A DNA stretch of 60,646 nucleotides from Candidatus Aenigmatarchaeota archaeon (GTDB taxonomy: Archaea; Aenigmatarchaeota; Aenigmatarchaeia; QMZP01; QMZT01). The translations under genes were made by a program, and so were the position numbers. Of the stretch, positions 28,403-37,600 are shown piece by piece; position 1 is the stretch's first letter; every line of letters begins with the position of its first letter. The notes beneath the pieces were generated by a model. The model did no database searches. It saw only the letters and a list, made by a program, of their open reading frames with translations, and had not been told where the DNA came from. The stretch covers positions 1 through 60,646 of the forward strand of contig JAGGYQ010000022.1 of NCBI GenBank assembly GCA_021162425.1. The letters are read 5' to 3'.

Positions 28403-29644
28403 CTAAATCCACCCTCTTAATTTCATGGCGTCTGCAACGCGCTTGATGGCGAGTATATGCGTTCCTGTTCTCATTGTGACCTTGTATTTTTCCGTGGTTT
28501 TTACGCTTTCCCAGAACGCCCTTGTCATGATTCTGTCAAGCTTTGCATTAACCTCGTCTTCTTGCCAGTAGCAACCTTGTCTGTTCTGAGCCCATTCGAA
28601 ATATGAGACTGTCACACCCCCTGCATTAGCCAGAATGTCGGGCACAACAAACGTATTCTTTTCATTGAGTATTTCATCAGCCTCCGGCGTTGTCGGTCCG
28701 TTTGCCCCTTCCACCACGACCTTTGCGTTTATTTTGTCGGCGTTCCTTGCTGTGATTTGGTTTTCCAGTGCGCATGGTGCCAGAACATCACATTTGAGCT
28801 CGAGAAGCTCTTCGTTGGTTATTGTTTTTGTTCCCGGGAAATCAACAACAGAGCCTGTCTTCTTTTTATGCTCATAAACTTTCACAGGGTTCAATCCTCT
28901 TGAGCTGTAAATGCCTCCATGGGAATCAGAGACCGCGATGACCTTTATACCCATTTCCGCGTATCTATACGCAAGAATATGACCCAGTTTGCCATAACCC
29001 TGTATGGCGGCGTTTGTTTTCTTTGGTCTCATTTTCAAATGCTTCAGAACCTCTCTCGTTATGAAAGCCATGCCGTTTCCTGTTGCCTCGCCTCTGCCTT
29101 TCGAACCGAACACTTCGGGGGGTTTCCCTGTAATCACGGACGGGACATTGTATCCCTTAAGCTTCGAAAATTCATCCATCATCCACGCCATTATCTGAGG
29201 GTTTGTGTACACGTCGGGCGCTGGTATGTCTTTTTCAGGTCCTATGAAATTTGCTATTGCACGTATATATCCCCTTGACAATTGTTCGAGTTCTCCCTTG
29301 CTCATTTTCTTTGGGTCGCATATCACCCCGCCTTTCGCCCCGCCATAAGGTATTCCGACCACCGCGCATTTCCATGTCATCCACGTAGCCAAAGCCTTTA
29401 TTTCGTCCAAAGTCACGTGAGGGTGAAAGCGAATGCCACCCTTTGTCGGACCTCTTGCATCGTTGTGACGCACACGGTAACCTTTAAAAACTTTGATCTT
29501 CCCGTTGTCCATTCTTACAGGTATGGAAACTTCCATCATCTCTTTCGGCTCTTTTAAAATCTCGTAAATATCATCCCCAAGTTCTAAAATATCCAGAGCT
29601 GTTTTGAACTGCTTTTGGGCGTTTTTGAATGGATTATGGTTCAT
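28403..29644 (-). CDS. gdhA: glutamate dehydrogenase
   Basis: 'KGGIRFHP', 'IPYGGAKGGV' and the Rossmann motif 'IQGYGKLG'. Confidence 0.95.
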   Translation of the reverse strand: MNHNPFKNAQKQFKTALDILELGDDIYEILKEPKEMMEVSIPVRMDNGKIKVFKGYRVRHNDARGPTKGGIRFHPHVTLDEIKALATWMTWKCAVVGIPYGGAKGGVICDPKKMSKGELEQLSRGYIRAIANFIGPEKDIPAPDVYTNPQIMAWMMDEFSKLKGYNVPSVITGKPPEVFGSKGRGEATGNGMAFITREVLKHLKMRPKKTNAAIQGYGKLGHILAYRYAEMGIKVIAVSDSHGGIYSSRGLNPVKVYEHKKKTGSVVDFPGTKTITNEELLELKCDVLAPCALENQITARNADKINAKVVVEGANGPTTPEADEILNEKNTFVVPDILANAGGVTVSYFEWAQNRQGCYWQEDEVNAKLDRIMTRAFWESVKTTEKYKVTMRTGTHILAIKRVADAMKLRGWI

Positions 29645-29676
29645 TCTCCCACCTCCGATTTTATTCTATTGTTCAA

Positions 29677-30600
29677 TCAGATAGTTAAACTTTTCGCTGT
29701 TTGGCTGATATGCTTTTTCAGTCTGCAGTAGTTGCATGTGTCGAGTGTTGTAGGAAATCCGCATACTTGACATTCATTGAGTTTGACATGCGAATCGCCG
29801 AATATCTTCTTATTTTTCAGGAACCCGTTGTAGTATCTTAACTTGAACCCCGGGAATCTATTTTCCAACAAGTTCAGTATGTATTTAAATTCTACGGATG
29901 TGGCACCTTTGGCATAAGGACATTCCTCATATACGTAATCAATTCCTCTTGCTATTGCGTAGGCTGCGCTCTCCTTTTCTGTGATAAACGCGAGTGGTTT
30001 GACTTTTTTCACAAGCTTTTTATGGGTTTCAGGCAGCACGATGGACTGCCTTTGAAGATAGTCGATCTGCCATGTAGTATTATTTCCAAAAAGCGTCGCA
30101 ATCTCGTCATCAAGATTGTGCCCTGTGACAACGACCGTGAAACCGTTCTCTTTTGCATATCTGTTCATCCAGTATCTTTTTATCATTCCACATACCGAGC
30201 ATATGCTTCTTTTCCATGCCTTGGCTGCCATTGGAGTGCTCGTTCCGATGGCTTTTGGTATATCCACTTCGTGCACTGTCAGACCTCTTGATGCTGCGAA
30301 CCTTTCAACTTTTTCTTTGGATATTCTGGAATACTTATCAATCCCGAGGTTTATGTAAAGCCCTTCGGTATGATAGCCAAGCGCGTTAAGAATATCCCAT
30401 ACACCAAGACTATCTTTGCCGCCGGAAACTGCCACAAGAATGTTATCGTTTTTTGTCATCAACTTGTATTTAATAATTGTTTTCTCAACCCTCTTTCTCA
30501 TGAAATCTATTAAATGCTTCTCGCATAACATAAGTCTGTGCTCACGCATGTTTATTATAGCTTTTCTTTCACAGAAAGAGCATTTCAATCCCATAACCAT
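29677..30600 (-). CDS. tRNA 2-thiolation PP-loop ATPase (TtuA/NcsA-like)
   Basis: N-terminal CxxC...CxxH, PP-loop 'VAVSGGKDS', 'CSVCGMIKR', 'GHNLDDE', and C-terminal 'CQVCG...CNYC'. The ATG shares one nt with the trxB stop (TGATG). Confidence 0.8.
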   Translation of the reverse strand: MVMGLKCSFCERKAIINMREHRLMLCEKHLIDFMRKRVEKTIIKYKLMTKNDNILVAVSGGKDSLGVWDILNALGYHTEGLYINLGIDKYSRISKEKVERFAASRGLTVHEVDIPKAIGTSTPMAAKAWKRSICSVCGMIKRYWMNRYAKENGFTVVVTGHNLDDEIATLFGNNTTWQIDYLQRQSIVLPETHKKLVKKVKPLAFITEKESAAYAIARGIDYVYEECPYAKGATSVEFKYILNLLENRFPGFKLRYYNGFLKNKKIFGDSHVKLNECQVCGFPTTLDTCNYCRLKKHISQTAKSLTI

Positions 30601-31535
30601 CACGCGCGGGATGTTTGCTTGATGTATTTGTATGACGATTCTGCGGCTATTGCACCTTCAGATGCGGCTGTTATTATTTGGGCAAACATATTGGACCCTG
30701 TTGTAACATCGCCAGCTGCGAAGACGCCTTTAACATTTGTTGACATATCGTGATTGACAATTATATATCCTCTCTCATCCGTTCTCACACCGAGTTTTTT
30801 TGCAAGCTCACTTTCAGGTTTGGTCCCTACTTCTACAAAGATACCGTCGAGTTTAAGTTTGAGTTCCTTCCCTTTGCAGTCGAACAGCGCGTATTCGAGT
30901 TTGTCCTTGCCTGCGAATTCTTTTGGGACAGCGTTGAACACCATCTCGATTTTTTTGTTTTTCTCGGCTTTCATGACCCAGTAAGGGGTAGCCCGCATTT
31001 TCCCTTTTTCACGCCTGTATAATAGATAAACCTTTTTGGCATGTTCTGCCAAAAGCACAGCTGCGGACACGGCAGAATCTCCACCACCTATTACGCCCAC
31101 GATTTTGTTCTTGAAAAACGGGGCATCGCATATTGCACAATAAGAAATCCCCCTTCCTGCCAGCCTGTCTTCGCCCTTTATACCCAGTTTTCTTTTCCTT
31201 GCCCCTGTTGCGAAAATTACACACTTGCCGAAATATTCCATATCGTTCTCTGCTTTGACTACAAATCCGTTGCGTTTTTTCTGAATATCAAGAACATTGA
31301 TAAAGGGTATAAGCTCAACACCTATACGCTCGGCATGTTCTCTGAATTTCTCTGCCAGCTCTATCCCGTTTACTTTCAAGAAACCGGGATAATTCTCTAT
31401 TTCGTATGACTCGGCAACTTGGCCACCTATTTCCTTCCCTATCACCAGATTTTTCATGTTGTATCTGCTCGCGTATATCCCTGCTGTAAGACCCGCAGGA
31501 CCTGAGCCGAGTATAATAACATCATACGTCTTCAT
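30600..31535 (-). CDS. trxB: thioredoxin reductase
   Basis: 'ILGSGPAGLTAGIY' FAD motif, redox pair 'CAICDA', and the second Rossmann motif 'GGGDSA'. Confidence 0.9.
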   Translation of the reverse strand: MKTYDVIILGSGPAGLTAGIYASRYNMKNLVIGKEIGGQVAESYEIENYPGFLKVNGIELAEKFREHAERIGVELIPFINVLDIQKKRNGFVVKAENDMEYFGKCVIFATGARKRKLGIKGEDRLAGRGISYCAICDAPFFKNKIVGVIGGGDSAVSAAVLLAEHAKKVYLLYRREKGKMRATPYWVMKAEKNKKIEMVFNAVPKEFAGKDKLEYALFDCKGKELKLKLDGIFVEVGTKPESELAKKLGVRTDERGYIIVNHDMSTNVKGVFAAGDVTTGSNMFAQIITAASEGAIAAESSYKYIKQTSRA

Positions 31536-31614
31536 ATGACCACATAAATATAAGATACCGAGCTTATTTATTAACTTTGGAAATTTAAAAACAGAATGAA
31601 GTTGTGAAAAATGC

Positions 31615-31629
31615 GTGAATTATATTCAC
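31615..31629. promoter_or_regulatory. perfect 6-3-6 palindrome GTGAAT-TAT-ATTCAC in the trxB / giant-gene divergent intergenic region
   Basis: Read directly from the sequence. It ends 27 nt upstream of ATG 31656 and has a TATA-like core. Confidence 0.3.
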
Positions 31630-31655
31630 ACATCATGCTGACAAATAATTAATAA

Positions 31656-34600
31656 ATGGAAAGTCAATTATTATACATGGATAGGGCTGATTTGAAAAAA
31701 ATTATAGTGTTGCTTTCCAGTCTTTTCATTCTTGGTATATATTTTGTTCTTCTGCCTGCTCCTGTGACGAGTTATGAGAGCACAATCCCTACTATTAGAA
31801 CAACGTTTCCTGTTAACAACGATTTGTCGGAAAAAGTTGGCAGAGAAACAATGGGTCTGGTGGTTGCCGGAGAGCCGATAAAAAAGGATGTGAACCTCAC
31901 GTTTAACTACCCGTTTCCTCTGGGTTTCGGCGAGGCGAACATAACTGCCACGGTGACCGATTCTTCTGGAAATGTTGTTTTTGAAAAAACACTATGGCTG
32001 ATACCGTTCCTCGAACGCTGGGGGATTGTGAAAAACAAAAAATATGTGTACAAGCCAGATTATTTCAATTTCAGCATCATTGTCAAGGGAGCGAACGTGA
32101 CATATGCACCAAAGAAATTCGAGGCTGTGGTGGTTCAGAGGTTGAGGGAGCCTGATGTGAATGATGAAAGCGACTGCAACGGAAAATGGAAAATATGGGG
32201 CAGGGTGATAAAGGGAAAAGAAGAAGCGCAGGTGAAAGACCATTATTGTTCAGGCCCGTGGGATTTTAATGAGCTCGGAATAGGTTACACATGCTCTAAC
32301 ATGGCTGGTTGGGAAGGAAGTGGCGGAGGCGGTGGAGAGACATGTTTCGGAGACGGCGAGCCTTGCCAAACAAACGAGGATTGTTGCCAAGGTTGTTTTT
32401 GTATCAGGGGCACTTGCCATTGTCCTGAACCTGAAGCGAGCTTCCTTCCTGGAACAAAAATATCTCTCCATCACGGCACAAAAAATATAGAATTCATCCG
32501 CACAGGGGACAAGGTTCTGTCTTTCGATAACGGGAAAATAGTGGTGAAGAAGGTTTCCTCTGTTCGGTCTCCTATCAGGACAGACCATTACTACGTTCTG
32601 CGAACCAAGAATAGAGAGGTTGAAGTCACAGAGAATCACGAATTTTATACACCCGAAGGTTTCAGGAAAGTCAGCGAAATAAATGTGGGAGACGATGTTT
32701 ATGTGCTGGAGGGAAATAAACTTGCAACCGAGAAAATAATATTTAAAAAAATCATACACCGCCCTGTGAATGTCTACGATTTCGAGGTAGAGGGAACGCA
32801 TACATTCTTCGCCAACGGATTCGCGGTGCATAATGATGCCTCTGTCGGTATAATCAAAGGTGCTTGGGACAACAACGGGAAGGCATGGGAATCATCTGTT
32901 CAAGAAAACACCCTGCTGTATTTCGAGGTTGGCGATAGCAAACACGTCCCGAACGAACCCGCTCCCAACAAAGGGATTGATGGCATAGAATGGAAAACTG
33001 CGCACTCGTGGAAGCTGGAGACATATATTCATCCTGCCAGAAGTGTTGGCTCAGAAGATTTCAGGATTTACCCGGACGATGGTGCAAGAATTTTTGTTTA
33101 CCATCTGAATCTGAACAACGGTGAATGGGAGCAAGTGTTCAATACGTCCTGCCTTTTGAGCGATAGATACGCACAAGGAAAGAGCACAGGCTGCGTGGTT
33201 AAAGGATTCAAAATTACCGATACAGGGGAAAAAAGCTGGTATAAATTTGATGTATACTTGTATAACGACCCGGGCGGAAGAACAGGAAGCGGCGAGGAAG
33301 ATACGAATCCGCTCGGTATACGCATAGAGGACAAACAGGCTACTGATAATTCTCTGTTCGACCTTTTCAGTTCTAAAGATAAAAGGGTGTGCATAAGCAG
33401 CGAAGCCCCCGGGGCCGATGGCGCAGAAATCAAGACAGTGGGAAGCGTTTTTGGAAACCAGGGTCTCGTTGAGGTCAGGGACCTGACAATGCCCAGCACA
33501 GATTTTGAACTTAAAAACCCAAAGTGCGGAGATGATGTGATATGCGATTTAAGGGCTGCGTGCGGGAGCGATGAGTACGAGGGTTTGGAAACCACAAAAT
33601 ATGGCTGGATAATAAATCACAGGATTTATCCTGAAAGCTGGGAAAAAAGAGAAACGGCTGTGAAGAGAAGGGGGTATATAGAGGCGAATGGGAAAAAAAT
33701 AAAATTCGACCCGTCCAGTTTGAAAAGAGCCAATCGTAGGCGTTTCATTCCTCCTGACGTGAAATATTCAGGTGGCATATACAAATGCAGGAAAAATTGG
33801 CCTGCATGGGAATATGAATGCAATGCAGGTGACAGATATTCGTACAAAAGAGGGTCGGACGAAATAAAATGTTGCTATGTTTCTGAGTTTGATATAAACC
33901 CCGATGATTCAATAACCCTGAACAATTACGAGTCGGGCTATGAATACATCATAAACTTCCTTCCCCCCAAGGGTTCCAAACTCTGCGCAATAGCGGAAAC
34001 AAAGTCAGGTTCCCCCCAAGAGATATACAAAGCACATTACACAAATCAGTTATGCGACACAAAAACAGGTGAAAACTGCTGCTACTGCAGGAAAGGTTAT
34101 GGGTGTAAACTTAACTGTCTGAACGAAAACGAGGAGCCAGGGTACTCGTTTGCCTTGCCGTTCGATACGTCAGGCCAGACATGGGAAATAAAAAATATTG
34201 GAATAGAAATTTTGCCTGAACCAGCAGGGGTTGTTGACCTCAATGCCGAAGGCAATGCAAAAGACGGGTGGAAAATTACAGCAAAAATCAGCGAATCTGC
34301 ACAAAATCTGCTTTACAGAAACTTCACAATCCCTATAAATCTTTACGACGACTTTGGAATCATTGCGCCTGAAAAGCACGGAAGATATAACCTGAAAATT
34401 AAGGTTACCTATGCAGGTCAGCCATCGTATGCGAGATACGAAAATCTGACAACATTTTACTCTGTTGGTTGCACAAAGGAAAACGAGTCAAGACTTTTTT
34501 ACAACGAGACTCTTTATCCCGGGACAAAAGGTATAGGTGCGTGTAAACCAGGCAAACAAATATGCCACGACCTCTCGAGGTATCCTGCATATGTCGATTT

Positions 34601-37600
34601 TGAGTGGGAATATGAAAATACTCATGACTATCCCGTTTACCCCACAAACGAAACCTGCAACGGGATAGACGACGACTGCAACGGGCTTGTAGACGATATT
34701 GGAGGGTTTGACTGGATAATAAACCAAATGGTCAGCACAGGGGTGTTCAGCCCATACAAGATAACAAAATGCGGTTGCTTCGAAACTCAACCATCCGTCG
34801 AAACCTGCAACGGGATAGACGACGACTGCGACGGAGTAATAGATAATAAAAAGAAAACAATATTCGTGAACACATGCGATGAATCTGTCATTAACTGCAC
34901 AAACCAAGGAAATCCTTACACCTTTTGCAAACAACTTTACAATTCCAGCCTGTGCGAACTCCGTGAGGTTGAAATAAACATCCCCAAAAATTTAACAATC
35001 AACACATGCACAGAAAAAGTCAGAAAGTGCATGGAAAATGAACACATAAAAAGGGTATCGTTTTTTGCAAAAGCCATGAAAACAAAATACACATACGATG
35101 AGTGCAAACACCTATATGATGATGTTTCATGCATTTTAGAGAATGTTTACATAAATGTTCTTGGCGACACATGCGCGTGTTCAAACGGCGGACAGCCGTC
35201 CGTCGAAACCTGCAACGGAATAGACGATGACTGCGACGGAATAATAGACGATGTCAGCAATCCAGAGACATGTGGCTGTTCATATTTGACAGATATAGCA
35301 GAAATTGAGGAAAACAAGAAAAACGGAGACTATTCATGCAACGGGATAGATGACGACTGCGACGGAATAATAGACGAAGACGCTGCTAATTGCGCCTGTG
35401 CGAGAAGACCGCCTGCGGAAGTAAGAAACATAAAAAATAAAGTCAGAGAGATGTGCGACGGGATAGACAACGATTGCGACGGGCTGGTGGATGAAGACTT
35501 CCCAGAGATAGGAAAGCCCTGTGGTTACGGGCTTTGCTCTGGAGGTGTTTATGTTTGCAATGTGCATGGCGATGAGGCCGTCTGTAACACCACGGTAAAT
35601 CCAGATGAAACATTCAGCGGCAACGCCATGAAACTGTCGCATGAAGAGGTATGCGACCTAAAAGATAATGATTGCGATTATTCCATAGACGAAGACTGTG
35701 AGTGCACACCAGAAGGAGCGGTTAAGGTTTGCGGCTATCAAAGCGGAATATATTACAGGGACAAACAGAATTTGGATAATGTGTGCAATGAAGTTATTGA
35801 AAAACTTAAGAAACTTATTACATGGGCAGAAGCCCCTGAAAATGTTAAATACAGGAGACTTATTACAGTGGAAAATACAGAAGATGTGTATTTGAAAAAT
35901 TATCCTGTTATGATTTCTCTAAACACAGCCATGCTCAAAAACTATGGGAGGGTGAGGAGAGACGGCGGTGATATTAGAATTGTTCCGGAAGGGGAAGAAA
36001 CATATTTGGATTGGGCAAACGCCACAAAATTCAACTGGCCCAAGACAGATATATGGTTCAGGGCAGATATACGACCTCACGAACTCAAGAAGTTTTATGT
36101 TTATTATGGTAACCCAACTGCAACATACAAACCAAAGCAGATTTCCGAAATATTAGGGATTCCGTATGAGAGAGGAGTGTTCCTTCTTTGCCACTTCGAT
36201 AACAGCTCAGCGTGCGAAGGCAACATGGTTCCAGAGCATGAGAAGAGGGCATATTTCACTTATGGTAAATATGACCTCGGCGTTGTTGTTAATGATTTGG
36301 GTGTGCTTTCATATCCGACCTCGGAGAACTTCAACAAGAACAGAGGAACAATTGAGGTATGGGTCAAACCAGATGACTTTGAGGAAACACACTATATTTT
36401 CTATTCTGAAGACTTCTATGGCAATCCGCAGTTTAAAATTTACTTTAACGCGAGCGGTCTTTTCTTTGATGTCTACGATAGGCAAGGTGATATGCACAGG
36501 GTCAACGGAAGCGGTCTCACCTTGGGTAGATGGGGGCACATCGCAGCCTCTTGGGACACACTTCATGGAATGAATCTCTACATAAATGGAAGACTGGTTG
36601 ATTCAAAGGAAATCACATGGAATATGAACGACATAGGACTTGATGTATATATTGGCTGTAACTCCACAGGCTCGGCAAGGTCTCCTGTAATGGACGAACT
36701 GGTTATCCGCAGCCAGATGTTAAGCGAGGAAAAGATAAGGACAGATATGAGATATTATGAACCTTCTGTTTTGCTTGGGCCAGAGGAAACTCTTAACCAG
36801 ACAAAGACGACATCGAGTAATATTGATATATTCAGGAAGTGTAACGAGATGCTTGAAAATGTAACGACATCTGGTGATGAGAGAAAGGCGACTATATTGA
36901 GCTTGTGCGATTCAGTAAGGATATGCAACAAAACAGACTTCCCCATTAATCCGATAAGCGAATGCACATTCGGTGTTCAGGAATGTTTGAATGGTGTGTG
37001 GGGCTCATGCTCGGGTGTCCAGCCAAAGACAGAGATATGCAATCAGAAAGACGACGACTGTAATGGTGTGGTGGATGATATCTTGTTCCCTGAGACATGC
37101 GCGTGTTCAAACGGCGGACAGCCGTCCGTCGAAACCTGCAACGGAATAGACGACGACTGCGACGGGATTGTGGATAACGTAATGGGTGGCAATTCTGTTG
37201 AAAGCACACATTGTGGATGCTTTAATCAAACAGTTAACATTACGCAGAGGCATGCAGAGCCAGAAGAAGCATGTAACGGAATTGATGACAATTGCAACGG
37301 AATAATAGACGAAGGTTTGGACAACTGCGCATGTGAAGGAACAGTTTTCAGCCCATATAATAATACATGGGCACAGGCAATATCCGTCGAAACCTGCAAC
37401 GGGATAGACGACGACTGCGATGGAGTGATAGATAATCCATGGCAAAAGAACGGTTCGCAAGCTACAAAGTTCAAATACCTTGGCGCTTCATGCAGTATGG
37501 TCAACAGCAGATGTGTGGGTGGCGTTTATGTTTGTAGCCTTGACGGAAAAAGCTTGGAATGCAACACAATGAGCGACAATGCGCTGGGTGGCGAAGACAA

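Noticed and set aside
32250-32831. 193-aa minus-strand ORF antisense to the Hint-domain region of the giant gene
   Set aside because: It is fully contained in a + strand ORF with strong domain motifs and has no motifs of its own. It is a typical shadow ORF.
32439-32834. A canonical self-splicing intein with a homing endonuclease
   Set aside because: It is only 132 aa with no endonuclease blocks. The +1 residue is Asp, and the host is an extracellular repeat protein rather than a conserved housekeeping enzyme. It is better described as a BIL/Hint domain.
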